DNA of 64,000 bases from Planctomycetota bacterium. Lineage in GTDB: Bacteria; Planctomycetota; UBA8108; SXIK01. The notes below the pieces were generated by a model. That model was given only the letters and a program-made list of their open reading frames with translations. It did not search any database and was not told where the DNA came from. The translations under genes and the position numbers were made by a program. Positions 27,927 to 38,730 of the stretch are shown here, piece after piece. The stretch is from assembly GCA_965223845.1 (NCBI GenBank), contig CBDCXR010000004.1:3200001-3264000 (forward strand), in the 5' to 3' direction. Within the stretch, counting starts at the first letter, position 1. The number at the start of each line of letters is the position of its first letter.

Positions 27927-29603
27927 CTACCGAACGAGGATGAACTCGCTCCGGTTGAGGAGCATCCAGAGCACACCGGCATACGCCTCGGTGCGGTCTT
28001 CAGACGCTTCCACGTAGCGAACGGCTTCGGCGATCTCTTCCTCGCGCGGCCACCGGGAAAGCGTGCCCAAGTAGAGCTGCTCAACCGCGGCGACCGGGGC
28101 GACGTTTTCCTTCACGAGCTTCTCGACAACCTTTCCCCCGGTGCTCACGTGCGGGTGATTGACGAGCGCGAGAAACTGCGGGATGCCGTGGGTGAACGTG
28201 CTCGCGTCGTTCTCGTCCGTCTCGAAGAGACGGCAAAACTCCATGTACGGATCGCCGACGGGCGAGCTCTCGCCGAACTTCTTCGCTTTCTCGGCATCGT
28301 AGGTTCGGAGATCCAGTCCGGGATCGGCGAGCGCCGCTCGGAGAGCGTCGTAGAGCTGATCGGCCGAGAGAAGCTTCGTTCGCCGGCGCCCGAAATTATC
28401 GACCGCCGCCTCCTCGGCCTCCGTGAGCGCAGCACTCGTTCGCTGGTAGGCCTTCGTGTTCGTGAGACATCGAACGAGGTACTTCACGTCGAATCCCGAC
28501 GCGACGAATTCGCGCGTCAAGAGATCGATCACCTCGGGATGGGACGGTTTGTTTTCGGGCCGCATGTCGTCGATCGGCTCGACGAGACCCCGCCCGAAGA
28601 AGTACGACCACGTGCGGTTGACGAACGCCCGCGCGAAGAAGGGATTCGACGGCGACGTCAGCCAATCGGAAAAGAGCGGACGGAGCGGCTGCGTCGCCTG
28701 GACCTCCATCTCGCTCGCGCTCGCGTCGAAAAGGAAGCGAGCCGGTACGACGTCGCCCGCGTTTTCGAACGAGCTCTTCGGAATCGTGATCGAGCCGTTC
28801 GGCGATGCGTCGCCGCGATTCGTTTTCTTCGCCCCCTTCTCGAGCTTCTTGCCGAACGACTCCTTGATGCTCGCGAAGTACCGGCCGTCGAACTTCGCCT
28901 GCATGTTCCGAAAGTAGGCCGCGGTGCCCCAAAAGTCGGTCTGCTTCCACTCGCGGTAGGGATCGTCGTGACACTGCGCGCACTGAAGGTCGACGCCGAG
29001 GAAGAGCGTCGAGACCGCGCGCGTCGCGCCCGCCGGCTCGGGGATGCCCGTGTCCGTTCCGACCAGCGAAAAGAAGATCGCCTGCGGCTTCTCCTTCAGG
29101 TTTCCGTCGACGTTGACGATCGACTCGACGATCTGATTCCACGGTCGATTCGCGTTGAACTGCTGCGCGAACCAGCCGCCGAGATTTCGCGTTGCCGCGA
29201 TCGGCTGATTGCCGCCGTTCCCCTCGGACGGGAGCTCCGCCGGCGCGACCCAGTCGCGCCAGACGCGGCCGAGCTGCACGCCGAAGCGCTCGCTCGCAAG
29301 GAGACGATCGACGAGCTGCGCCCGCCGTTCGACAGATCCGCCCGCGAGGAAGCTCTTAGCCTCTTCGGCCGTCGGCAGCGTTCCCGCGATGTCGAGATGC
29401 ACACGCCGAAGAAACTCGACGTCTCCGGCGACGCGCGTCGGCAAGACGCCCTTCGATTCGAGCTGCGTCTCGATCGCGGCGTCGACGCGTCGAGCGACCT
29501 CCGCGGCCGGGAGCGGCTCGGTCGCCCGCAAGGATCCGAACGCGACGGCAACACTGAGCGCTGCGGCGCTCCAACTCGCGACCCGGTGAACTCGGTTCAG
29601 CAT
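27927..29603 (-). CDS. DUF1549/DUF1553 domain protein
   Basis: EFLRRVHLDIAGTLP; FLGVDLQCAQCHDDP; FARAFVNRTW...GRGLVEPIDD; start taken at ATG 29603. Confidence 0.92.
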   Translation of the reverse strand: MLNRVHRVASWSAAALSVAVAFGSLRATEPLPAAEVARRVDAAIETQLESKGVLPTRVAGDVEFLRRVHLDIAGTLPTAEEAKSFLAGGSVERRAQLVDRLLASERFGVQLGRVWRDWVAPAELPSEGNGGNQPIAATRNLGGWFAQQFNANRPWNQIVESIVNVDGNLKEKPQAIFFSLVGTDTGIPEPAGATRAVSTLFLGVDLQCAQCHDDPYREWKQTDFWGTAAYFRNMQAKFDGRYFASIKESFGKKLEKGAKKTNRGDASPNGSITIPKSSFENAGDVVPARFLFDASASEMEVQATQPLRPLFSDWLTSPSNPFFARAFVNRTWSYFFGRGLVEPIDDMRPENKPSHPEVIDLLTREFVASGFDVKYLVRCLTNTKAYQRTSAALTEAEEAAVDNFGRRRTKLLSADQLYDALRAALADPGLDLRTYDAEKAKKFGESSPVGDPYMEFCRLFETDENDASTFTHGIPQFLALVNHPHVSTGGKVVEKLVKENVAPVAAVEQLYLGTLSRWPREEEIAEAVRYVEASEDRTEAYAGVLWMLLNRSEFILVR

Positions 29604-29664
29604 GGTCCGTGACCCGTGTGTCTCCTGGTTTGGATTCCCATTCCTGAGTGCGTGCCGCGCGTGC

Positions 29665-31095
29665 TCAAACGAGCTCGCGAATCGGCGTCCGACCCGCATC
29701 GACGAGGTAATGCGGCCGGCCGTTCAGATCGCGGACGGTTGCGCTCGCGACGTCGATACCGAGGTTGCGGTAGAGCGTGGCGAAGATCTCCTGCACGTGC
29801 ACCGGCCGCTCGGTCGCCTGACCTCCGTGCGCGTCCGTCGTGCCGAGCACCTGGCCTGCACGCATTCCCCCGCCCGCGAGAATCGCCGGGGCGACGCGAC
29901 TCCAGTGATCGCGTCCTCCCTTTGCGTTGATCTTCGGCGTGCGGCCGAACTCGCCCCAGACGACGACCGAAACATCATCGAGAAGGCCGCGCTGGTCGAG
30001 ATCTTCGATGAGCGTCGCGAGGGCGTGGTCGAACTGCGGCAGGTCTTCGCGACCGAGCTTTTCGACCGGGCCGCCCCGGTTGCCGTGCCAGTCCCACGCG
30101 CCGAACGACACCGTGACACAGCGCGCACCCGCCTCGACGAGACGTCGCGCGAGGAGCAACCTCTGCGGATCCTTCGGCGCGCCGCCGAAGCTCGCCGTCG
30201 TCGGCTCGCTCGCACCGTAGCGTTCGCGGACGCGCGGATCTTCGCGTTCGAGATCCAGCGCCTCGGCGACGTGGCTCGACGTGAGGATCTCGAGCGCGCG
30301 TCGCCGAAATTGGTCGAGACTTTCGACCACGCCGCCGGCTGCGCGAGCGCGCTCGTCGACACCGCGGCGAAAACGATCGAGCGACGCGAGCAGCGTGCGA
30401 CGCTCGCTCAGTCGCTCGCCGGCGATTCCGTGGAGGACGAGATCGTCCTTCCCTTCACCCTCGAGGGCGAACGGCGTGTGGTGATACCCGAGGAATCCGG
30501 GCCACGAGCGCACCGGGCTCGCGTCGTGGAGGCCGGTGTTGTTGTAGGGGCCGTAGCCCATCTTCGGACCGGCGTCGATCGAGGGAGGCATCCCACCGCG
30601 GCCGCTTCCGAGGAGGCGCGAAACGACGGAGCCGAACGTGGGCCAACCACCGGCCGGCTCGCCGTCCTGCGGTCGACCGCCCGGACGTCCCGTGTGGCAC
30701 TGAAAGGACTCGTGACGATTCTCGAAGCCGACGACGGAGCGAATCGGGATGATCTTGTCGCTCAAACGAGCTAGGCGCGGGAGATGCTCGGAGAAGTGAA
30801 CGCCGGGCGTCCGCGTCGCCACCGTCCCGAACGGTCCGCGGATCTCACGCGGCGCGTCTGGCTTCGGGTCGATCGTCTCGTGCTGCGTCGGTCCACCCGG
30901 GAGGTAGACCATGATCACCGCCTTGTGGCGGGAGGACGATTTCGAAGCCGATTCGGCCCGAAGAAGCCTCGGCAGCGAGAGCCCGCCGAGAGCGGCGCCC
31001 CCGAACGACAGGCTGCCCACCGAGACGAACGCTCGGCGAGAGATTCCGTCGCAGAATCGAGTCGATCGATTCCCCGGACCGAGAAAGGTCAACAT
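29665..31095 (-). CDS. DUF1501 domain protein
   Basis: SRRAFVSVG; YLPGGPTQHET; WDWH; WGEFGRTPKIN; GRDHW. Confidence 0.93.
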   Translation of the reverse strand: MLTFLGPGNRSTRFCDGISRRAFVSVGSLSFGGAALGGLSLPRLLRAESASKSSSRHKAVIMVYLPGGPTQHETIDPKPDAPREIRGPFGTVATRTPGVHFSEHLPRLARLSDKIIPIRSVVGFENRHESFQCHTGRPGGRPQDGEPAGGWPTFGSVVSRLLGSGRGGMPPSIDAGPKMGYGPYNNTGLHDASPVRSWPGFLGYHHTPFALEGEGKDDLVLHGIAGERLSERRTLLASLDRFRRGVDERARAAGGVVESLDQFRRRALEILTSSHVAEALDLEREDPRVRERYGASEPTTASFGGAPKDPQRLLLARRLVEAGARCVTVSFGAWDWHGNRGGPVEKLGREDLPQFDHALATLIEDLDQRGLLDDVSVVVWGEFGRTPKINAKGGRDHWSRVAPAILAGGGMRAGQVLGTTDAHGGQATERPVHVQEIFATLYRNLGIDVASATVRDLNGRPHYLVDAGRTPIRELV

Positions 31096-31254
31096 CGGCG
31101 CGCCTCCGACGATCTCCGCCGCGGATCAAGCGCGGAGATGTGCGCTCAGTTTCGCCCGCCCGGGCGACGCACGTCAAGGCAAGATCGCTCCCGTAAGCCG
31201 CGTATCTGCCGTAGAATGCGTTCTTCAGCCCCCACGACTCGGAAGGGACTCACC

Positions 31255-32559
31255 ATGCCTCGAGCTACCACGCGGCGTCAGTTTCTCGCGCGGTCGACAG
31301 CCGCGCTCTCGGCCCCCCTCTTCGTTCCTGCCTCAGTTCTCGGTCGCGTTCCCGGTCAGCCTGCTCCGAGCGAACGGATCACGATGGGCTGCATCGGCGT
31401 CGGCGGCCGCGGCTCGAGCAATCTCGGCATCTTCAAGTCGAAGAAGGAGGCGCAGATCGTCGCCGCATGCGATGTCGACGCGGGTCATCTCGCCAGAGCG
31501 CTTCGAAGCGCCGGTCTCGACGCGAAGTCCGGATACCGCGACTTCCGTGAAGTCCTCGCGCGCGAAGACGTCGATAGCGTGATGGTCGGAACCCCCGATC
31601 ACTGGCACGCGCTCATCGCGAGCGCGGCGGTGAAGGCCGGGAAAGACGTCTACTGCGAGAAGCCGCTCGCGGCGTCGATCGCCGAAGGGCAATCCCTCGT
31701 CCGCACCGTGAAGGAGAGCGACCGCATCCTTCAGTGCGGAACTCAGCGGCGATCGATGGCCGGGTGCCGGATCGCGTGCGAGCTCGTGCGCAATGGCCGG
31801 ATCGGAAAGGTGACGCGAGTCGAGGTTGGCGTTCCCGGCACCTTCGCGATCCGCGGCGGGTTCACGGGCGAAGAATCGCCGGAAGAGATCCCCTCAGGTT
31901 TCGACTACGAGCGCTGGCTCGGCCCCTGCTCCGACGCGCCTTACACGCGGGCGCGCTGCCACTTCAACTTTCGCTGGGTCGCGGAGTACGCGCCCGGCTA
32001 CATCACCGACTGGGGTGCCCACTATCTCGACATCGCGCAGTGGGGTCTCGGTACGGATCGCTCGGGCCCGGTCGAGGTCGATGCGCAAAACGTCCGCGTC
32101 CGCGAGAAGGGAATCTACGATGCACCGGAGAGCTTTCGCATCGTCTACACGTACGCGAGCGGAGCGCAGGCGATCCTCGTCTCGACGGACGACCGAAGCC
32201 GCTGGGGAATGAAGTTTTTCGGCGAGAAGGGGACGGTCTACGTCGAGTCGAAAAACGTCGACGTGAAACCGGGGACGGTCGACGCGGGACCGATCCGCGA
32301 GGATGAGATCCATCTCTACGACGCGAAGAACGATCACCACGGAAACTTCCTCGACTGCGTGCGGTCGCGGAAGGAACCGTCGGCTCCGGTCGAGATCGCG
32401 CATCGATCCGCGTCGATTTGTCAGATCGGCGCGATTTCGGCCGCGCTCGGACGAAAGCTCAAGTGGAACCCCGACACCGAGCGGTTCGTCGGTGACGACG
32501 AAGCGAACTCGAAGCTCGCGCGACCGATGCGAAAGCCGTGGACGCTGGCGAGCGTTTAG
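31255..32559 (+). CDS. Tat-exported Gfo/Idh/MocA oxidoreductase
   Basis: TRRQFL; IGVGGRG; TPDHWH; YCEKP; DWGAH; ATG 31255 after GAAGGGA. Confidence 0.95.
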   Translation: MPRATTRRQFLARSTAALSAPLFVPASVLGRVPGQPAPSERITMGCIGVGGRGSSNLGIFKSKKEAQIVAACDVDAGHLARALRSAGLDAKSGYRDFREVLAREDVDSVMVGTPDHWHALIASAAVKAGKDVYCEKPLAASIAEGQSLVRTVKESDRILQCGTQRRSMAGCRIACELVRNGRIGKVTRVEVGVPGTFAIRGGFTGEESPEEIPSGFDYERWLGPCSDAPYTRARCHFNFRWVAEYAPGYITDWGAHYLDIAQWGLGTDRSGPVEVDAQNVRVREKGIYDAPESFRIVYTYASGAQAILVSTDDRSRWGMKFFGEKGTVYVESKNVDVKPGTVDAGPIREDEIHLYDAKNDHHGNFLDCVRSRKEPSAPVEIAHRSASICQIGAISAALGRKLKWNPDTERFVGDDEANSKLARPMRKPWTLASV

Positions 32560-32602
32560 CCGAATGCGGACGCCGCTAGCGGCGCGTAAAGGAGCCTTCG
32601 TC

Positions 32603-34564
32603 ATGCCGTCCGATGCATTCGCTGTCTTTCGCCGCTTCGCCTCCGCTCGCTCGATCGCCGCGCTCGTAGCGATCGTCGCTGCACTGCGCGGCGAAACGAC
32701 TCGGACCTCGTTCGCGGCAGACCTTGGCGGCGATTCGCCCACTTCCCAGGCGGCGCTCCCGATCGCCGGCGAGTGGCGCGGGATCTACTACGTCTATCCG
32801 AGCGCGATGGCGCTCAAGGCCGAGCTTTCTGCAGACGCGAACGGCAGGGTGTCCGGGTCGATCGAGTTCCAACCTCTAGTGAAAACGCGCTCGGTCGTCG
32901 GCAACTTCGCCGGCAAGTACGGGGTCCAAGGGACGTACCACCGGAGCACGAAAACGATTCGCCTGAACCCGATGCGCTGGATCGAGCGGCCGCGACGACC
33001 CGTCGTTCTCGTAGGTTTCGACGGCGTGTTCGATCCGGCGGGACCTGCGATTGCGGGACGACTGACTCGGCCGATCCAGCGGGGAGCCGCGCATCTCTAC
33101 TTCGCTCTCCGGCGACCGCAAAACGCGGGTTCCCTCACCGAACCGATGACCAGCGCGCTCGAGGTCGGAAAGTTCGTCCGTCGGCCACCGGGCGCGCCGG
33201 ACAACCAGACGCTTCTTCGCTGGTGCGAGAAGCTGACAACCGAATACCCCGGTCTCGATCCGTACCGCACAGAACTGAGCGCGCTCTATTCGAGGGCGTA
33301 CAACCTCTTCGAAGACGAGCACTTCAAGGCGTGCTTCGGGAAGCGCTTCGACGAGATGAGTTCCACTGAGCGACGGAACATCCGTTTCCTCGGACCCCTT
33401 CGGAACAAGTCGCCGAAGTTGCGGGATTTCTCCGGGCTCAGCCGGGCATTCTCGGCGACGGGCACACAAGGCACGCCGGAAGTGATGCACGTCGTGCTCG
33501 CCCAGAGAACGATCCGCGCGTGGCGGGGCCGACATCTCGAGCAACTCGAGCGGTTCCCGGTCGACCTCGCGTCCTTCACGTCGATCGATGCGATCGAAGC
33601 GGCCGCCCGCGTCCAACTCGCGACGCTGTGGCCGAGCGAGCGAAAGGAGTTCGACGCGACCGTGCTCTCCACTCGCCGAAGGATTGCGCGTCCGCTGAGT
33701 GAGAAGCTCGCGAGCGGGATCATCCGGGATGCGAAAGGTCACGCCGGCGCCCGCGCGCTGTCACTGTGGACCGCGCGGCAGCAGAAACTCCTCCGCTGGC
33801 TCGAAGACTCCGAGCGAGCGATGCTCGAGAAACGCGTCCTCGCGAGACTCGACGAAGTCATCGCACCACTGATCGAGATCGAGGTGCGCCGGCTCGAGCC
33901 CGTCGACGAGGGGGTAGCGGGACTCCAGCGAACCAACGACTGGTTCCGTCGATTCCGCTTGAAGTACGGATTCGCGTCCCGTCGCCCGGCGTATCACGGT
34001 GCGATCAGAAAACTGCGCGCCGCCCGAGACAAGCAGATCGCGAGCATTCGAGACGACGCCATCGCGGTGATCGGGAGAATGGGCGTCGAGCCAGAGATCA
34101 ACGGACTCGTGCGAGACCTCCTTCCCGTTCCCGGGGATCGTGAAGCGGCGCCCGGTCGAGCCATTCTCGCTGCGGCCAATCGTCAGATTCAGCGGATCCG
34201 CGAGCTGAAGCGGCGGCAGGCGGCAGGCAATCTGATGGCGTTCGGTGCGGCGCTGCTTCAAGTTTTGAAACTCGACGCCGAGAAGGAGAAGGATCGCGCG
34301 GGCGCGGCGATCGCGACCGTCCTCCGCAACCATCTTATCGACGGCGCTGTTCTCAAGTACAAGCCGAAGGCAACGCCGGAAGAGGTCCTCAGCTATCGCG
34401 CGATCGTGACGTTTCTCCTCGACGGGGAAGCTCTCGACATCGACAAGGAGCTCGATCGGAAAGAACTCCTCGAGAAGCTCAAGGCGCGCTATCCAAAACG
34501 GAACTTCGAGCTCGGCGCTCTCGATTTCGGTATCCAGGTGTTCAACGAGCTGCGGAAGAAATAG
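32603..34564 (+). CDS. hypothetical protein, probably secreted (beta-rich N-terminal domain plus long helical region)
   Basis: ATG 32603 after AAAGGAG; hydrophobic N-terminus; 653 aa with host-like codon usage. Confidence 0.7.
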   Translation: MPSDAFAVFRRFASARSIAALVAIVAALRGETTRTSFAADLGGDSPTSQAALPIAGEWRGIYYVYPSAMALKAELSADANGRVSGSIEFQPLVKTRSVVGNFAGKYGVQGTYHRSTKTIRLNPMRWIERPRRPVVLVGFDGVFDPAGPAIAGRLTRPIQRGAAHLYFALRRPQNAGSLTEPMTSALEVGKFVRRPPGAPDNQTLLRWCEKLTTEYPGLDPYRTELSALYSRAYNLFEDEHFKACFGKRFDEMSSTERRNIRFLGPLRNKSPKLRDFSGLSRAFSATGTQGTPEVMHVVLAQRTIRAWRGRHLEQLERFPVDLASFTSIDAIEAAARVQLATLWPSERKEFDATVLSTRRRIARPLSEKLASGIIRDAKGHAGARALSLWTARQQKLLRWLEDSERAMLEKRVLARLDEVIAPLIEIEVRRLEPVDEGVAGLQRTNDWFRRFRLKYGFASRRPAYHGAIRKLRAARDKQIASIRDDAIAVIGRMGVEPEINGLVRDLLPVPGDREAAPGRAILAAANRQIQRIRELKRRQAAGNLMAFGAALLQVLKLDAEKEKDRAGAAIATVLRNHLIDGAVLKYKPKATPEEVLSYRAIVTFLLDGEALDIDKELDRKELLEKLKARYPKRNFELGALDFGIQVFNELRKK

Positions 34565-34933
34565 TCCCGGCGCGGAGTCACCCGAAGGCAGCGTGCGCCG
34601 CCCGGCGAGACGACTCTCTCGTCGATCCGACACGAACCTCGACCGGACTCCCGATCCGATTTCGGCGATCGTCTCGGCGTTCCAGCCGCAGCGGCCCCGA
34701 AGCGTTCGACTACCGTACGGGTACTCTCCCTTGATTCGGAATCGAAGCGCTCCGCCGTCGGACGATCCCTGCGCACGCGTCACTCGACGCCGTTCCGATA
34801 AGCGCCGCTGACGCGATGCGCGCGTCGACTCCCGCCGACCGCTCTGGCAGAATGAGGGAATGCAGCGGGCCCTCGCCCTGAAGCGCATCGGATCAAACGA
34901 GCTCAACGTCGCGAGACCAACGGAGAGATCGAA

Positions 34934-35806
34934 ATGAATCGCTGGCTGGTCGCGCTCAGCCTGAGTCTTTCGCTAGCGGCGATCGGCGTTGCGGGCTTTT
35001 CGTTCTTGGAGCCGCGACGCCATCAGCTCGATGCACTCTCGTCCTCGCAGGACGCGGAACGCCACATGGCCGGGATGGTCGAAGCTCTCGAAGCTCGCCT
35101 CGCAGATCTCGAGTCGAGCCGCTCTTCGAGGCCCGTGCGAGTCTCGGATCACGCGCTCGCTCGGGCCGCGGCGCGATCCGGATCGACGACGGCAGAGCTG
35201 CACGGAAAGGTCGCCGCGCTCGCCGCTCGCCTCTCCGCGCTGGAAGATGATGAAACCATCGCCGAGCTTGCCGCGAGGGGCCATGAGCAGATCGTCGTGC
35301 GAGACGTTCGAAGCGCCATCGACGTCGCCCGCGACCGGGAAGCGCCACCGGCCGATCGACTCCGCGCGCTGCGAACGATTCGCGGTGCGGCTAAGAAGAA
35401 TCGAAAGCTGACCGCGGCCGCCCTCAAAGGCGAGGGGATGTCGGAGCTCGATCTTCTTTCACCGATGCTCGAAATCGCAAAGGACACCTCGCTCGACGGC
35501 GAACTTCGCGCGGAAGTCGTCCACGGTCTCCGCTCGAAGCACCGAGAAGTTCGAGCCCCGCTCCTCGAGCTCCTCACGAGCGACCCCGTACCGGAAGTAC
35601 GCACCGGTGCCGTGAAAGCGCTCCTCTGGCACCTTGAGGACGCGGACGTTCGTGCGGCGATCATCGAGGCAAGCGGGTCGGACACGGACGAGCAAGTTCG
35701 CCATACCGCCGAGAGAGTGATGCCGAAGGTCCGCCACTTCGAACGCGAAACGCCGACGGCGGCAGAGAAGTCGCGGGGAGGGAAGGATCAAAGCGACTCG
35801 GAGTAG
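34934..35806 (+). CDS. membrane-anchored coiled-coil/HEAT-repeat protein
   Basis: SD GGAGA; N-terminal TM/signal; LEARLADLE coiled coil; SDPVPEVRTGAVKAL and SDTDEQVRHTA HEAT-like motifs. Confidence 0.75.
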   Translation: MNRWLVALSLSLSLAAIGVAGFSFLEPRRHQLDALSSSQDAERHMAGMVEALEARLADLESSRSSRPVRVSDHALARAAARSGSTTAELHGKVAALAARLSALEDDETIAELAARGHEQIVVRDVRSAIDVARDREAPPADRLRALRTIRGAAKKNRKLTAAALKGEGMSELDLLSPMLEIAKDTSLDGELRAEVVHGLRSKHREVRAPLLELLTSDPVPEVRTGAVKALLWHLEDADVRAAIIEASGSDTDEQVRHTAERVMPKVRHFERETPTAAEKSRGGKDQSDSE

Positions 35807-35854
35807 CGACGCGTCCCCTCGGTTCGTCTCCTTCCCGACCGAGCTCGACGCGCC

Positions 35855-37468
35855 ATGATCGGAGCCATCGATTCCGTGCTCACGACGACGCAGCTCGCCC
35901 GTCCCCCGCGTGTGCGCCTCGAGCGGCCGCACGGCGCGCGATGGATCCGCCGAGTCGGTTTCGGTGTCCTCGCGAGCACCCTCCTGGCGGGCTGCGGAGT
36001 CCCGGCGCCGGAGCGCGCGGGCGGACTCGACCTCGACATCCCCGCGACCTGGACCAGCGGAGCGCCCGACAATGATGGCGCCGTCGCGGCGGGTTGGCTC
36101 CGCGAGTTCGGCGACCCGGAACTCGAGCGTCTCGTCGCCCGCGCGCTCGTCCACAACCGCGACCTGCAAGTCGCGGCAGCACGCCTCAAGGTCGCGGAGG
36201 AAGGTGCGATCATCGGACGATCGGCGCGGCTCCCTTCTCTCTCGGCGTCGACTTCGGGTTCGTACTCCGAAGCGCGCGTCGAGGATGCCAGCGGCGACTT
36301 GCGGCCGTTCGCCCATTTCAAAGACGCCCGTCTCGCGTTCAGCGCGTCTTGGGAGGTCGACCTCTGGGGCCGCCTCGCCAATCTTCACCGCGCATCCCTC
36401 GAAGACCTCGAAGCGCAAAGCGCCGATTACCACGGAGCCCGACTCTCTCTCGCGGCGAGTACCGTGAGCGCTTGGTTCGACCTCATCGCCGCCGAAGAAC
36501 AGTTCGAGCTCGCTCGGACAACTCGTGACAGCTTCGTGAGAAACTATCGCATCACCGAGCGCAATTACGTCGCGGGTGATCCGACGGCCAGCTCGCTCGA
36601 CGTCAACTTCGGACGCAACCAGGTCGCTGCCGCCGAGCGCTCTCTGATTTCGCGTCGACTCGCTCGCAACGAGGCGCGGCGGACGCTCGAGCTTTTGTTA
36701 GGGACTTATCCGGCCGCTGCGGTCGCGAGCGGCGCTCAACTGCCCGAGCTCGAGAGCGCGGTTCCCGCCGGTCTGCCTTCCGCCCTCCTCATGAGACGCC
36801 CCGATCTCGTCGCCGCCGCGGCCGATCTCCGCGCGTCGGCCGAGCGTGCCGACGCGGCTCGGAAGGCGTTGCTCCCGTCGATCACGTTGAGCGCCGGTGG
36901 ATCGACGACGGTACCGAGCCTGGAGCTCCTCGATCTGATCCGAGATCCCGCCTCCGTCGCGTGGAACGTCGCCGCCTCGATTTCGCAACCTCTCTACCGC
37001 GGCGGTGCGCTCCGCGCCCAGGCCCGCCAAGCCGCAGCCCTCAACGACGCCGCGGTCGCCGCGTTCTCTAGCGTCGCCCTGCGTGCGTTTCGCGAAGTGG
37101 AATCGGCGCTCTCCGCGGCACGGTCTCTCGCGGAGCAGGAAGAGTTTCTCCAGATTGAGCTCGAGCAAGCCAATCTCGCCGAAGCGCAGGCTTACCGCGA
37201 TTACGCGCAGGGCATCGTGGGAATCTTGTCCGTCCTCGAGGGACAACGGCGAGCGGTGAACGCGCGCAGCTCCATGATCTCGCTTCGGAACGCTCGTCTT
37301 CAGAATCGGATCGACCTACACTTGGCTTTGGGCGGGGATTTCGAAGAATCCGCGGCACCCTCGGTCGCGGCGTATACTGATACTGGTGAGACCTCTCCGC
37401 TCGGGCCTCGACCCCCAAGATTCCCCGTACGCGGCGTCCCTTCCTCGAACGATACCCAGACCGACTGA
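35855..37468 (+). CDS. efflux outer-membrane factor lipoprotein (NodT/OprM/TolC family)
   Basis: Lipobox LLAGC; WLREFGDPEL; ASWEVDLWGR; PAGLPSALLMRRPDL; LHLALGG. Start uncertain. Confidence 0.93.
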   Translation: MIGAIDSVLTTTQLARPPRVRLERPHGARWIRRVGFGVLASTLLAGCGVPAPERAGGLDLDIPATWTSGAPDNDGAVAAGWLREFGDPELERLVARALVHNRDLQVAAARLKVAEEGAIIGRSARLPSLSASTSGSYSEARVEDASGDLRPFAHFKDARLAFSASWEVDLWGRLANLHRASLEDLEAQSADYHGARLSLAASTVSAWFDLIAAEEQFELARTTRDSFVRNYRITERNYVAGDPTASSLDVNFGRNQVAAAERSLISRRLARNEARRTLELLLGTYPAAAVASGAQLPELESAVPAGLPSALLMRRPDLVAAAADLRASAERADAARKALLPSITLSAGGSTTVPSLELLDLIRDPASVAWNVAASISQPLYRGGALRAQARQAAALNDAAVAAFSSVALRAFREVESALSAARSLAEQEEFLQIELEQANLAEAQAYRDYAQGIVGILSVLEGQRRAVNARSSMISLRNARLQNRIDLHLALGGDFEESAAPSVAAYTDTGETSPLGPRPPRFPVRGVPSSNDTQTD

Positions 37469-38730
37469 TGCAAGACTCCGAACTCGAGCTTTCGTCGCGT
37501 CCGCGCCGGCCGTCGGGAGTCGCGTCGGTCGCCGCCCGAGCTCTCATCCCCATCGCCGTCCTCGTCGTCGGTGCGCTCGGCTTCGTGCTGCTTTCGCGCG
37601 TTCCCGAATCGACACCGCGTGCGAAGGAGAAGCCTCGGGTCATCAAGACTCGAGCGATCGAGCTCCGCGCCCAAGAGTTTCAGACGGAGTTCCCGACCCG
37701 GGGCGTTGTTCGTCCCCACAATGAGGTGACGCTCACGCCAGAGGTGTCCGGCCGGATCGTTCGGGTCGCCGCGGAGTTCGAGGACGGTGCGTTCTTCTCT
37801 GCGGGCGACGTCCTCATCGAGCTCGACAAGCGGGACTATGAAGCGGCGGTCGTCGTGGCGCAAGCTCAGCTCGCGCGGGCTCAGTCGGCTCACGCGCAAG
37901 AGAAGACTCGCGCCGAACAGGCGCGACTCAACTGGGATGATCTCGGCTACGACGAGGAGCCCAACGAGCTCGTCCTTCGCAAGCCGCAGCTCCGCGAAGC
38001 AAAGGCGAACGTCGACTCGGCTCAGGCGCAGCTCGATCAGGCGAACCGGAATCTCGACCGCACGAAGGTGCGCGCCTCGTTCGACGGCCGCGTCCGCCAC
38101 CGCAACGTCGGCGTCGGACAGTCGGTAGGAACCGGCACTCCGCTCGGCAGTGTCTTCTCGATCGACTACGCCGAGATCCGCCTTCCGATCGATAGCCGGG
38201 ACATGAGGTATCTCTCCCTCCCGGAGGACCCCGACGATCCTCCTCTCGCCGTGGAGCTGCGGGACGCCCTCGATCCGAGCAGCACGACGGTGTGGACGGG
38301 AAAGATCGTCCGCACCGAAGGCGCGCTCGACGAAAACTCGCTCGAGTTGTTCGGCGTCGCCCGCGTCTTCGATCCGTTCGGACGGGATTCGGGACTCCCG
38401 CCTCTCCGCATCGGACAGCCGGTGATCGGGACGATCCGCGGCACCGTCCTCGAGGACGTCCTCGTCGTTCCGCGCGCGGCAGTCCACAAGCTCGACCGGA
38501 TCTATCTCATCGACCCGGACAAGATGACGCTCCGTTCGCACACGATCGTTCCGATCTGGTCGAACAAGGAACGCGTCGTCGTCCGCGACCCGAACGTTCT
38601 GGACGGTACGCTTCTCGCGACGACCCATCTCAGCTACGCGCCCGAGGATTCCGCCGTCGAGGTGCTTCCCGACGTCGGCGCGGAAGCGGCGGACATCGCG
38701 GACGCCGACGCCGCGAAGAGCGACGATTGA
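37468..38730 (+). CDS. RND-type efflux periplasmic adaptor (membrane fusion protein)
   Basis: N-terminal TM; EVSGRIV...[12 protein letters not shown]; helical hairpin; [11 protein letters not shown]; TGATG overlap with the OMF gene. Confidence 0.93.
   Translation: MQDSELELSSRPRRPSGVASVAARALIPIAVLVVGALGFVLLSRVPESTPRAKEKPRVIKTRAIELRAQEFQTEFPTRGVVRPHNEVTLTPEVSGRIVRVAAEFEDGAFFSAGDVLIELDKRDYEAAVVVAQAQLARAQSAHAQEKTRAEQARLNWDDLGYDEEPNELVLRKPQLREAKANVDSAQAQLDQANRNLDRTKVRASFDGRVRHRNVGVGQSVGTGTPLGSVFSIDYAEIRLPIDSRDMRYLSLPEDPDDPPLAVELRDALDPSSTTVWTGKIVRTEGALDENSLELFGVARVFDPFGRDSGLPPLRIGQPVIGTIRGTVLEDVLVVPRAAVHKLDRIYLIDPDKMTLRSHTIVPIWSNKERVVVRDPNVLDGTLLATTHLSYAPEDSAVEVLPDVGAEAADIADADAAKSDD

Noticed and set aside
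30784-31254. Long N-terminal extensions in the ORF track (30784, 18020, 38292, 45979, 28084, 32303)
   Set aside because: They overlap neighbouring genes; better downstream starts with an SD or signal peptide exist.
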